DNA of 64,000 nucleotides from an uncultured virus (IMG/VR IMGVR_UViG_3300029288_000003) (IMGVR_UViG_3300029288_000003), one strand, 5' to 3'. Counted from the stretch's first letter, positions 27,201 to 36,032 are shown. Numbers and translations: made by a program. Notes: a model not told the origin generated them from the letters alone.

Positions 27201-27396
27201 CTATGGTAAGAGTATGAATCAAAATCCTCCATTTGGTGGCTGGGTTGTCAGTAAAGAATATGATTTATGCACATCCGCCCCGTCAGCAGGATCAGGATTC
27301 GGTCCTGGCAATTCATTGGGAAGTCAATGCACATGCGTTTGCGCTCACTTTGGCGGTTGTGGTGGACATTATCTTGGTGAATCATGGGAATGCTAA
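24229..27396 (+). CDS. Tail tip / hub protein with Cys-rich insertions and C-terminus
   Basis: GKVWPLIFG, NPVDIIDWLL, IAYQSRCAL, LDLFDCI typical of tail-tip/hub proteins; 1055 aa. Confidence 0.65.
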   Translation: MRTVPGGALAYLQKQYGTEPTFIVEVAWSGDTTKRIAYSDQKIEDADYPNPTLLSIDNFDTSLQLKGASDSQNTTITLDDVDGHLRELLNIHDIQKAPVWIYQSFKGLPYSEKFLLFRGEIVSPVVWSEGDRTLQFDVLTKTTDTEVAFSMEEGDFPNVPEDALGKVWPLIFGTVCNMQAVPVRSPRKGYLMKGEGIHDFTIEPRICQAHFLQCRSVVIDSREIPNPNYKAPQECHPGWYCSGDIWRGYTCTNVQCDSTGSQDTQTEPETITQETWGPDPNCIEDRFATICELEDLLEQQKAYEHTNLTIKGGDKFPQGRVVTIDIEGAKFIGIFYGETFAVIDRKHPDWDTTEHKLCHAVSTIYSGHYEMVHWNSTWVLATDNQTWYVPQQYHASETCTEQPTWVSVAMDGAELSQREFDNMPTGNFCWLPAGSEVFLESDPDNPVHILAEATETEVLYIVSLIPGTVNSVAAYKKQQTTGRDLLMTVPSNLYVVYETDYIGYTVTEIGFAVPLSRVDDSWSDDIYVSFTSDVGPNPVDIIDWLLTKYTNLTFDATSKAHVKTRLTNYPNNFWVKEKLNVFQLIQDIAYQSRCALYIRDDVVFIVYLAEEPTSLRTLTESDIIANSFNIKLSDSSDLVTKYVATWKETEAGVVATDTTDNKLVLKYNVNKYGIMEDSTDYYTQNTFSTILKSATFWLIRLSNTWKQVEFDAPLTMLDLDLFDCITLEVGQLSSTPVKSIITSIQYDNDNNTIHFECLTPIRSGETEQYKFFWPADIDPASLFPPTQEEINAGAGYPFIITPPIGHILRGGDVVLDDETHVILSAGDQYPSDLDDTFPSITCKISDVMDIVEPEPEIVALELARKAFQATRSNYQPPPYGSAGAGQGKPDCEECGLDCNSHTNVCTWQVSVTTIIPFLSRGCGQMFCQWGGSGQPCTGIVKTCCYSFGSYQDALNFRAGQLNNAAAGITRCDDGSTINTSNITSVSQPQVHYGKSMNQNPPFGGWVVSKEYDLCTSAPSAGSGFGPGNSLGSQCTCVCAHFGGCGGHYLGESWEC

Positions 27397-27412
27397 AATA
27401 AGGGAGAGAATT

Positions 27413-27754
27413 ATGTTAGCATGTAAATTTCAATTAGCTGTGTTTGATGTCAATAGTCAACTTAATTTTATTTCTTGTACGAATCCTATAAATACGAATC
27501 TATATTATACTTTAGTTAATTCGCATATTTGTGGCCAATGTCCATTTGCAGAACTTGAGGAGGTTCATCGGTTTGAAGAACGACAATCGGAACCACGGTC
27601 CCCAGAGTCAGTTAAACAAATGTTTGAAACTTCTTGTGCCCAATGTCCTGACTATCAACCCGATAAAAAGTGTTGTTACCAGATGCATAATTCTAAGACG
27701 ATTAAAGAAATGCTTACTGACTCATTGGGTCATTGTCCGAGGCGATTATGGTAA
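27413..27754 (+). CDS. Cys-rich hypothetical protein
   Basis: CGQC, CAQC, CC and C-terminal HCP..LW. Confidence 0.55.
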   Translation: MLACKFQLAVFDVNSQLNFISCTNPINTNLYYTLVNSHICGQCPFAELEEVHRFEERQSEPRSPESVKQMFETSCAQCPDYQPDKKCCYQMHNSKTIKEMLTDSLGHCPRRLW

Positions 27755-28452
27755 ATTGTACACGTTGTCAAAAAATTGTTCGTAGGGAAGCAAATGGTAC
27801 TACACAAGAACGGTATAAATGTGTCAATGGAATGGCAAATACTTTTCGGCAACAAGTTGATGAGGAGACTTGTACAAAATGTGTTTTAAAACAAGCCTGG
27901 GATTGTTTATGTAATTTAAATCCACCAAGGCTCCCAATTTTAAACCAACCAACTTTAGGTTGTAATAATGAAATAATATATTCTAATGGTGAACCTCCGT
28001 GCCCGTATGGATATAAGCCGACAGATGATCCTTTAAAATTTGAACCAGATTGGCCTGAATGCACATATTTAGAATCTGCTAATGAATTAAATGCTGATGG
28101 ATCAGTTAAAATTAAGGCTCGGTGTGCAATTACACATAAATTAGTTGACCCGCAAACTTGTAAAAGTTGTGCCGGTGATGTTAATTCAATCGCTCCAAAG
28201 GAATATCCAGCACTAGCGACAGAATTAACTACTTATGTTCAGGCTGTTAAGGGGTGGGTATCTGAGGGGCGCCCCGTAAGAACTGATGAAGAGGTCGCGG
28301 AAATTCATGCAAAATATTGTTCGCAATGCGATTGGTATGATGCAGAACAACAGCGTTGTAAGGGGTGCGGATGTAAAACACGAGCCGAAGGTGCTGCTCT
28401 ATTAAACAAAATTAAAATGAGTACGCAACACTGTCCCAAACAACTATGGTGA
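27748..28452 (+). CDS. Cys-rich multi-zinc-finger-like protein
   Basis: Many CxxC motifs; C-terminal CSQC...RCKGCGC...HCPKQLW module. Confidence 0.6.
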   Translation: MVNCTRCQKIVRREANGTTQERYKCVNGMANTFRQQVDEETCTKCVLKQAWDCLCNLNPPRLPILNQPTLGCNNEIIYSNGEPPCPYGYKPTDDPLKFEPDWPECTYLESANELNADGSVKIKARCAITHKLVDPQTCKSCAGDVNSIAPKEYPALATELTTYVQAVKGWVSEGRPVRTDEEVAEIHAKYCSQCDWYDAEQQRCKGCGCKTRAEGAALLNKIKMSTQHCPKQLW

Positions 28453-28455
28453 TAT

Positions 28456-29016
28456 ATGGATTTCTCTTGGTTATCCGATATTTTTAATGCAATACTAAAA
28501 TTTATCCCCCGTCCCATTATTGTAAGAGCAACGCATGGAGGAGTAAAGTGGCGTTTTGGAAAATTTGTTAAAGAAATGAAGCCAGGATGGCATTGGGTTT
28601 GGCCTTTAACAACTGACCATGAAATTATAGTAACCGCCCGACAAACAAACCATCAACCTGGGCAGGCATTGTCTACCAGGGATAAAAAGCAAGTTGTCGT
28701 AAGTGTCCTGGTGGTCTTCTCTGTCAAAGATGTAGTGAGAGCCATCGGCGAGCAGAACTGGGATGTTGGCACGACAGTAAACGACATCACACAGGCTGCG
28801 ACAGTCGAGGTTGTCACCCGATGGAACCTAGATGACTTGCTTGAGAATGTATCCGGTAAAGTTAAAGAAGAACTTACCGATGAAGTACGTAAACAACTGA
28901 GACAATTTGGTGTTTATGTGCATAGAGTTTGTTTAACTGAATTATCACCTTGTCGAGTATTTAAACTTGTTGGGCAGAGTGGTACTTCACCAACCTTTAA
29001 TATTGAAGGCATTTAA
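28456..29016 (+). CDS. SPFH/Band-7 domain protein
   Basis: GVKWRFGK..KEMKPGWHWVWP; STRDKK.V.V; LRQFGV. Confidence 0.75.
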   Translation: MDFSWLSDIFNAILKFIPRPIIVRATHGGVKWRFGKFVKEMKPGWHWVWPLTTDHEIIVTARQTNHQPGQALSTRDKKQVVVSVLVVFSVKDVVRAIGEQNWDVGTTVNDITQAATVEVVTRWNLDDLLENVSGKVKEELTDEVRKQLRQFGVYVHRVCLTELSPCRVFKLVGQSGTSPTFNIEGI

Positions 29017-29018
29017 TA

Positions 29019-29588
29019 ATGAAAAATACCGCTCAATATCCCTATAAAATTTTTGACGGGTGTTCTACAGGCAATCCGTCACGAAACTCGCGTTTTGATG
29101 ATATAAATCCAACGGCTAGAGATTATGACCAATTAGCGGCTGAAATTATAGCAACTCAAACTAAATTAAATTCTAGCGGTATTGTTGATCCTACATGGTA
29201 TGAACAGGTAGAAAATAATTCAGGGGTTGATGTACAAATAGGACAAGTTGTTTGTTTAAAATCTAATGGAAAATTTACCTTAGCCCATGCCAATAATATT
29301 ACAACGTCGGAAGTATTAGGTTTAGTTGCCGATGAAATAATTTCAAATGGAAATATTGGTACAATTCAATTGATGGGGTCATTAGATTCAACAACTGTGA
29401 AATGGGACGCAATTACAAATCAAAGCGGAGGGTTGACACCAAATAGTATTTATTATCTTAGTGTTGATACGCCGGGTAAATTATCTATTACACCAACAAC
29501 AATTGACAATACATGCCTTGTAAGGGTAGGAAAGGCATTGAGTCCAGTGACGTTACTTATCTACCCACAAGAACCCATATTACTATGA
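29019..29588 (+). CDS. Virion decoration protein (DUF2190/cement-like C-terminal domain)
   Basis: N-terminus shared with the 2041 protein; C-terminal domain paralogous to 30311-30694. Confidence 0.55.
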   Translation: MKNTAQYPYKIFDGCSTGNPSRNSRFDDINPTARDYDQLAAEIIATQTKLNSSGIVDPTWYEQVENNSGVDVQIGQVVCLKSNGKFTLAHANNITTSEVLGLVADEIISNGNIGTIQLMGSLDSTTVKWDAITNQSGGLTPNSIYYLSVDTPGKLSITPTTIDNTCLVRVGKALSPVTLLIYPQEPILL

Positions 29589-29600
29589 AAGGTTTAAAAA

Positions 29601-30694
29601 ATGGCTGAGCGTAAACCCGTTACTTTAGTCAATGGGCACTTAGGCCAACTGCCATCTGGCGATCAATTGTCAGCAGGCGCGTTCGTTTTTCCAGCAACCG
29701 ACGGTAATGCTAATCAAGTATTAAGTACCAACGGTGAAGGAGGCGTAACATGGGTCGATCAAGCTCAAGGTCCAAGTGGACCTACAGGTCCAGAAGGCCC
29801 CACAGGACCATCAGGCCCGTCAGGTCCATCAGGTCCAAGCGGCCCCCAGGGTGATACTGGTGCTGAGGGAGCAACAGGCCCGGAGGGGCAACAGGCCCAT
29901 CAGGTCCATCAGGTCCAAGCGGCCCATCAGGTCCGCAGGGAGAGACTGGTGCCGAAGGTGCCACAGGTCCAGAAGGTGCCACAGGTCCATCAGGGCCGTC
30001 TGGACCGTCAGGACCATCTGGCCCGCAGGGTGACACTGGTGCAGAGGGGGCAACTGGCCCGGAAGGTGCTACAGGCCCAAGCGGCCCGTCAGGTCCGTCA
30101 GGTCCGAGTGGTCCAGAAGGTGCTATAGGTCCAGAAGGTGCTACAGGCCCGGAGGGGGCGACAGGCCCATCAGGTCCAAGCGGCCCGTCAGGCCCAAGCG
30201 GTCCAGAAGGTGCGACTGGTCCATCAGGGCCGTCAGGTCCGAGCGGTCCAGAAGGTGCTACAGGCCCGTCAGGTCCGAGCGGCCCCAGTGGTCCAACTGG
30301 CCCAGGTCTATTGTTTACAGCAACAAATGCTCAAGGTTCAACAATCAATATTGGTCAACCAGTATATGCAGATGCTAGTGGTATAAAACTTGCAGATGCC
30401 GATGCTTGGGCAACCAGCAGTGTTGTCGGTTTAGTAGCCGATACAACTATTGATAATGAAGCGAGCGGTACGATTCAAAATGCCGGCGCTTTAACAGCAA
30501 CCACTGGGCAATGGGATGCCGTAACAGGTGGATCAGGAGGTCTCACCCCTGGTTCTGTTTATTACCTATCAACAACGGAAGGTGGTTTAACCACCACTGC
30601 TCCGACAGAAGCAGGTGATGTAGTCGCTCCAATAGGAAAGGCTCTAACTGCAACAGTGTTGATAATCAACATTCAGATACCAGTCGAGTTGTAA
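29601..30694 (+). pseudogene. Long collagen-like fibre gene interrupted by a 1-nt frameshift (or a sequencing error)
   Basis: G4 at 29885-29888 where sister repeats have GAGGGGGC; the G-X-Y frame continues in -1 without a stop into the 30311-30694 domain (about 364 aa if repaired). Confidence 0.75.
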
Positions 30695-30696
30695 AA

Positions 30697-30963
30697 ATGT
30701 TAAGAAATCCCCTGGTTATTATTAACGGTAGAGTACAATCACTACCCGAAGGGGATACTATTGATGCTCCCAGTGGTCCGACGGGTCCGAGTGGCCCGTC
30801 AGGACCGGCTGGCCCATCAGGTCCAGAGGGGGCAACTGGCCCGTCAGGTCCGAGCGGCCCTAGCGGTGCAAGTACAAATTTACCCAATGCACCTGTTGTT
30901 AATGGTGATTATGCGTTACGAGTGGCAAATTCGGGCGCAACAATTACATGGGTAGTAGTCTAA
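30697..30963 (+). CDS. Short collagen-like protein
   Basis: PLVIING..QSLP..D N-terminal motif, GPS repeat, foldon-like C-terminus. Confidence 0.7.
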   Translation: MLRNPLVIINGRVQSLPEGDTIDAPSGPTGPSGPSGPAGPSGPEGATGPSGPSGPSGASTNLPNAPVVNGDYALRVANSGATITWVVV

Positions 30964-31427
30964 TGTTACAAAAACCACTTGTTCTGGTTAATGGAAAGCC
31001 ACAGCATTTACCTGCCGAAGATATATTAGATGGAGCCAGTGGTCCGAGTGGGCCATCAGGTCCAAGCGGCCCATCTGGTGTAGAAGGACCATCTGGTTCT
31101 TCGGGACCAAGCGGCCCGTCTGGCCCTTCTAGCACTAATTTACCTAATTATCCGACTGAGGATGGGCTTTACAAATTGCACATTGCTGACGACGGGGCTA
31201 CCCTTAGCTGGACTCACATTGACAAAGTTAGAATAACTCGCCAATATGTGGACTCGCTAGGAAGCGGATTTGGTAAGTTACGAGCCACTCGTCAGTATGT
31301 TGATGTAATAGGTCCGGGCGAAGCAGGCAAGATTCAAATTACCCGACAATTCATCAATGCTCTAGGCGGCGCTGATGGGGCTATTCTTATTAGCCGCCAG
31401 TATGTAGAAATTTTAAGCGATGCTTAA
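30963..31427 (+). CDS. Collagen-like protein with C-terminal RQY repeats
   Basis: KPLVLVNG..QHLP..D, GPS repeat, foldon-like motif, four TRQY/SRQY repeats. Confidence 0.7.
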   Translation: MLQKPLVLVNGKPQHLPAEDILDGASGPSGPSGPSGPSGVEGPSGSSGPSGPSGPSSTNLPNYPTEDGLYKLHIADDGATLSWTHIDKVRITRQYVDSLGSGFGKLRATRQYVDVIGPGEAGKIQITRQFINALGGADGAILISRQYVEILSDA

Positions 31428-32044
31428 AGAATTGGCATTTGCAACAATGCCTTGTATAGTTTGGCCTCAGCTAAAGCATCGGCCAGGGCGTCATGTGCAT
31501 TTATAATAGGAATCTTTAATTTTTGGCACATGGATTTTAAGCTGACCGAGTTAAATGGTGGTTTTTCACCTTGAAAAAATGCTCTGTCATTAAGAGCAAT
31601 ACCATACATCATTGAATCTCGTGGGTGTGGATGAAAAAATTGGTTAAAGGCTTCAATCCCCAACCATGCCTTCAAAAATCCGGCCTCAAAGGCCCAATTA
31701 TGAGCCAGAGGCACTAATGATTTGCGGTAAGGTAATTCAAGACGTTGAAACCACTCATCAAACATATCAGCCGCTCTAATTTGACTAATTGCATTTTGCT
31801 GCAAGTCATAAATATTAAGCCCATGCACTGTTGTAGCCTCTTTTTCAGCCCGCTCTGGATACTCTGGCGCGACTTGCATATAAAAAGGGCGTACATCAGG
31901 GAATGGGTCTAAATTTGCATCCAGTGGTTGTACTGCAATTTGTATAATTTCATGGTAGCCAGGCATTCTTCCAGTTGTTTCAACATCGACAGCCGCCATT
32001 AAATTGTAGTTTAGACTAATTAGACTATTATATGATCTGGGCAT
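31424..32044 (-). CDS. DEDDh 3'-5' exonuclease (DnaQ/RNase T-like)
   Basis: VDVETTG, AHNWAFE, HDALADA. Confidence 0.85.
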   Translation of the reverse strand: MPRSYNSLISLNYNLMAAVDVETTGRMPGYHEIIQIAVQPLDANLDPFPDVRPFYMQVAPEYPERAEKEATTVHGLNIYDLQQNAISQIRAADMFDEWFQRLELPYRKSLVPLAHNWAFEAGFLKAWLGIEAFNQFFHPHPRDSMMYGIALNDRAFFQGEKPPFNSVSLKSMCQKLKIPIINAHDALADALAEAKLYKALLQMPIL

Positions 32045-32283
32045 TATCCTCTCCTAAAAAAGCCGTGCCGACAGGCTTCTCTCCATAAATGTGGATTCGC
32101 TTCTATAGCATCAAAGCCAACACTATTAGCCCAGTCTCTAAAGGCTTCATAAATCTTATTTCTAGGATAGCCGCCACCAACAACAATGGGGTTGGGTAGT
32201 GCTACTAGATAAATCAAGAAGTCATAAAAACCACCGGCTATCAAAAGTCGGGCTTCCTGTGTATTAGGATTTGCGTCGTCCAT
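32044..32283 (-). CDS. Hypothetical protein
   Basis: Tightly coupled minus-strand ORF. Confidence 0.5.
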   Translation of the reverse strand: MDDANPNTQEARLLIAGGFYDFLIYLVALPNPIVVGGGYPRNKIYEAFRDWANSVGFDAIEANPHLWREACRHGFFRRG

Positions 32284-32761
32284 TCTTTCGTGTCCTCTTT
32301 GCAGATTTTGCGACGGGCTTAGAGCGACGTTTTATCAACTCACTGTCAGGAGTTGTGGTGTCAATACCCAATGGATTGTCGGTTATTTCCAGCGGGTTAA
32401 ATGGCAAATCATTTAAGGCTGGGTCTAAAAGTCCTTCTTCAATTCGCATACGAGTTTCAATAAGACAAAGAATATTCCAAGCGGCCATTGAATCATGTGG
32501 TTCATCGCGGTCGCCACGAAGATATTTCATAAAATGACGGATAGCACTATCGGCATATCTACTAAGAGGTATACCCTTTTCCCAATTTCGAGCGGCATAT
32601 TTCTTAGCCCCAGCTTCAAATACTTTTGCCACTTCAATAAGAGCGCGAACAGGTAGGAGGTCCATTCGTCCCTTGCCTTCTTGGGCATCCCGCACCGCCC
32701 CGGTTCCGAATTCTGCTCTGGTGCCACTATCCTTAATTTGCCACTTTGCTTTTGTCGCCAT
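32264..32761 (-). CDS. dATP/dGTP diphosphohydrolase-like protein (DUF5664)
   Basis: F.TGAVRD...GKGR.DLLP, GAKKY..RNWEKG, RH, H...AAWN. Confidence 0.8.
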   Translation of the reverse strand: MATKAKWQIKDSGTRAEFGTGAVRDAQEGKGRMDLLPVRALIEVAKVFEAGAKKYAARNWEKGIPLSRYADSAIRHFMKYLRGDRDEPHDSMAAWNILCLIETRMRIEEGLLDPALNDLPFNPLEITDNPLGIDTTTPDSELIKRRSKPVAKSAKRTRKNGRRKS

Positions 32762-33014
32762 ATTTTTCCTCCAATAATTGAATCAAAACATCACCATGAC
32801 AAGGTAGTGGCTTACAATAACAACCCAGCCGCTTACCTCTAAGTATCTCAAGCTGTTCTAATAGTTGAGGTTGTGTCAATATCCATTGCCTATAAAGTTC
32901 AATTACTGCACTTCTTGTGCCATCGACCCCAATAGTAAATGGATTTCCCCATTGGCCACCGCGACCAATATAGACATCATAATCATCGTGTTGAATATTT
33001 ACAACCGTTGTCAT
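32733..33014 (-). CDS. DUF4326 family protein
   Basis: DVYIGR...WGNPF; LRGKRLGCYCKP.PCHGDVL. Confidence 0.85.
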   Translation of the reverse strand: MTTVVNIQHDDYDVYIGRGGQWGNPFTIGVDGTRSAVIELYRQWILTQPQLLEQLEILRGKRLGCYCKPLPCHGDVLIQLLEEKYGDKSKVAN

Positions 33015-33019
33015 TAAAT

Positions 33020-33217
33020 TTACACGTAGTTGATTTGATCGGCTAATTCCATATAGTCATCAAGACTTTGAATTTCAATAAAGTCCCCACCATGCTGTTT
33101 TGCAAAGTGGGCGTGACTTCTATGAAACTCGCCTGTCCAACGAATTTCGGCCACTGGAATAGCGTGGTCTCTAGTCAACCATTTGTACACTGTAATAATA
33201 CAATCCATTTTAAACAT
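33020..33217 (-). CDS. Hypothetical protein
   Basis: Overlaps the primase stop; operon-like spacing. Confidence 0.4.
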   Translation of the reverse strand: MFKMDCIITVYKWLTRDHAIPVAEIRWTGEFHRSHAHFAKQHGGDFIEIQSLDDYMELADQINYV

Positions 33218-35939
33218 CCGGTTCTAAAACTAGGTAGCCCTGATGGGTAATAAAGTGCCCATTTGTTACTACGTCTGTTTTTGTTAATGATAAATTACCT
33301 ACATGCTTTTTACCATTTGCAAGAAGTCGTCCAATCGGAAAATTATGCGGCATTGAATTCAAAACCGCAGACCGATTCCAATATAGTTGCTCATTTGCAG
33401 AAATACTAGAATAAAACTGCGACATGAACTCATCAAAAGCTGTTGTTAAGCCGGGGGTTACAAAACAATGTTCATCAATAAAGTTTTCTAATGCATTTTT
33501 ATTAGCATCAATCAATTGTTCTTTACTTGATGTATCCACAATAGGTAATCGTAAACGATGCTCTACGTCAGGCAGGGGGAGATTCATTATAGTATACATA
33601 AAATATGGGGCTTCCTCTTCCAATTTTTTAATCATGTGCCTTGTAGGAATTTCATGCACTAATTGATCGACATACATCATTGTAACCCGCGTGTCACCCG
33701 GAAATACAGGGCAATGGTCCCGTGAATTAGAACATTGAATCCAGTGTGTAGTATTGGGCTGCATACATACTTGTTTATATTTAGCATGTATTGGAATCTG
33801 GTCAGCAAGCACCAAGTCCTTAATCTTATTATATACTGCTTGCGCATTTTGCGAGATATTCTTTTCTTCAACAACGCAAAGCACAGCCCCCGTTAATTCC
33901 CCATTAAAATCGCTGGTGTTTGTAAGAGCCGAATCAGCCCGCATAACACCGCCTTCCATCAACACTTGAATAGCTTGATGCAAAATAGTTTTACCAGTAT
34001 TCTGATTACCCCATAAGTATAAATACGGCAAATGCTCAAAAGGCTCTCGAATCATCAACGCAATCCAGCGCTGTAAATAATCCTTACCTGTTGTAATACC
34101 ATTCCTTTGTGCCCAAGCCAACTCACGTAAATTTGCTGTTAAATCGGCTCCTGTATGCTCTAAAATCATATCCCAATGTGGATGAGGTGAGATTCCTGGT
34201 TCATAAGGTTCTGGCTTGTACTTCAATTTAGGGGCGCGAAGATTCCATTGACGATTGCCTGGGAATTCATCCTGAAAGGGCACATGAGTAATGGTCCAGG
34301 CTTTCGATAGAATCTCCCCTAAAATACCCTCAGCATTATCTTCATATCCAATCGCTTTTAAGCGTGACCGGGCATCATCTTTTGTTGTAAATACCCAAGC
34401 CCCCTTCTCATGCCAGTAGGCCCATCCAGATGTATTGTTATCAGAAGAAATCAAACAACGTACATACTTATCAATTTCTTCAAAATCAATATTGGTCTCG
34501 CCGCGTGTGCGTATATCAATATTGTAGATTTTGAAAAACTTACCCTTCTTTTGCATCCAGCCTTCGGGTTCAGTTTTGTCATCATCATGTTTAACAACTT
34601 CAACAAGCAGCTTATCTTTTTTGTATGCTTGTAGTCGTATTTTTCTATTTTCTAAGTTTTCAGGGATTTCGATAACATGACCCATTGCTCTAAGGGCCGA
34701 GACAGCAGCCTCTCCATCAGGAAAGGTATAGCCGCCGCCCTTGATGTCATCTTCCAGACCCTCAAAGGCTGCGGCTGCTCCACTCAAAGAAAGGGGTTTA
34801 TTATAAAAACAATAGGTCCAATTACTTTTATCTAATTTCCAAGTTTCATGTTCTGTAGTTCCTTTACCAAATCTAACAGCGCGAAACGCTCCGTTCTCCA
34901 TTGGAAACAGGAATACATTAGGTTTTCCAGGGTCTTTACCTTCGGCTAAGGTTTCAAACGCACCTAGAATAGGATTGCCTTCTTCGGCCCTCCTATCAAA
35001 TAAAATTTTCAAGAGTCTGGTGTGGGTCTGTAGCAAATGGTGGTCAGGAACCCAAACTGTTGTATATTCACGATACTCTTGTAATTCGGCAATAATTTGT
35101 TTGTGTGCATCATCTAGGGGTATATTACGTTGCGCCGCCGCTTTATTTGCTATTTTATCCTGATCTTCTTCGTCAACACCTTCAATGCGAACTTTTGATC
35201 GACGCCTAGCGGCTACATCAACATAGGCTTGCCAATTCTCTGGTGGTTGAAAATATGCTCGCGTACCATCAGGATACACATTATCTTTTAATGTCGTGAG
35301 TCCTTCATTTTCAAGCGTCATCTTTCGTGCCCAAACCCACATATTGCCGCCGCCAACATCCATGCTGGCCTCAAAATTAAATCCTACTCGGCGGGAGATT
35401 TCTTTGAGGCAGGCAATCGCCAAGGCAGAGTGTTCGGTATGGTTGGCTGTCTCTGGCAAGTCAGCGGGGTCAAACTCGAAATAGACATGCAATCCACTGC
35501 CGCCCGTGCTTTTCAGTACCAGAGCTTCGGGCACTTCCATTAGTTTTGCAAGGATGGCGTTTAACTGTTCTTCTTCAACACCAACACCTTTAGCATGGCT
35601 TGTAATTGCATCATAGTCAAATCCACAACGAATTGATTTACGATTACGCCAATCCCAGCCAGTTAATCCAATGGACCCGGCGTGTCTATCTAATGGATAC
35701 CGTAATTCATGGTCATTATCGACTGGTTCAGTATTTGCATTTTTAGGTAGCCTAAAATTATACCAGTCATACGCATAATTGTTACTACAATAAACTCCAT
35801 TTTTGCCGGCAACAGGTTCGCCATCATCCTGAGCGACTAAAACTTGAACTTCCATGTCAGGTGTATACCAACCGGCTACTCGCGGGTTATTATGCGGCAT
35901 TAGTTTAAAAAATGCCGAAAGTTGTTCAGTGGTTCTCAT
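33210..35939 (-). CDS. Primase-polymerase / SF3 (D5-like) helicase fusion
   Basis: AEP motifs GFDYD and STGGSGLHVY; C-terminal GNQNTGKT Walker A, VVEE Walker B, DTR arginine finger. Confidence 0.8.
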   Translation of the reverse strand: MRTTEQLSAFFKLMPHNNPRVAGWYTPDMEVQVLVAQDDGEPVAGKNGVYCSNNYAYDWYNFRLPKNANTEPVDNDHELRYPLDRHAGSIGLTGWDWRNRKSIRCGFDYDAITSHAKGVGVEEEQLNAILAKLMEVPEALVLKSTGGSGLHVYFEFDPADLPETANHTEHSALAIACLKEISRRVGFNFEASMDVGGGNMWVWARKMTLENEGLTTLKDNVYPDGTRAYFQPPENWQAYVDVAARRRSKVRIEGVDEEDQDKIANKAAAQRNIPLDDAHKQIIAELQEYREYTTVWVPDHHLLQTHTRLLKILFDRRAEEGNPILGAFETLAEGKDPGKPNVFLFPMENGAFRAVRFGKGTTEHETWKLDKSNWTYCFYNKPLSLSGAAAAFEGLEDDIKGGGYTFPDGEAAVSALRAMGHVIEIPENLENRKIRLQAYKKDKLLVEVVKHDDDKTEPEGWMQKKGKFFKIYNIDIRTRGETNIDFEEIDKYVRCLISSDNNTSGWAYWHEKGAWVFTTKDDARSRLKAIGYEDNAEGILGEILSKAWTITHVPFQDEFPGNRQWNLRAPKLKYKPEPYEPGISPHPHWDMILEHTGADLTANLRELAWAQRNGITTGKDYLQRWIALMIREPFEHLPYLYLWGNQNTGKTILHQAIQVLMEGGVMRADSALTNTSDFNGELTGAVLCVVEEKNISQNAQAVYNKIKDLVLADQIPIHAKYKQVCMQPNTTHWIQCSNSRDHCPVFPGDTRVTMMYVDQLVHEIPTRHMIKKLEEEAPYFMYTIMNLPLPDVEHRLRLPIVDTSSKEQLIDANKNALENFIDEHCFVTPGLTTAFDEFMSQFYSSISANEQLYWNRSAVLNSMPHNFPIGRLLANGKKHVGNLSLTKTDVVTNGHFITHQGYLVLEPDV

Positions 35940-35964
35940 TCAATATCTCCACAGACCCATTGTT

Positions 35965-36032
35965 CTCTATTATAATAGACTGTTTTGACGCGGTAAAAAA
36001 CAAGTAGAAAATTTGAAATTGACTTTTGAAAC
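35965..36032. repeat. 68-bp inverted repeat, left arm
   Basis: Reverse complement of 36370-36437 with one mismatch. Confidence 0.95.

Noticed and set aside
29760..30305. Possible CRISPR array or DGR template/variable repeats
   Set aside because: The repeats are 9-bp codon-periodic coding repeats without spacers; no cas or reverse transcriptase gene; differences are not adenine-specific.
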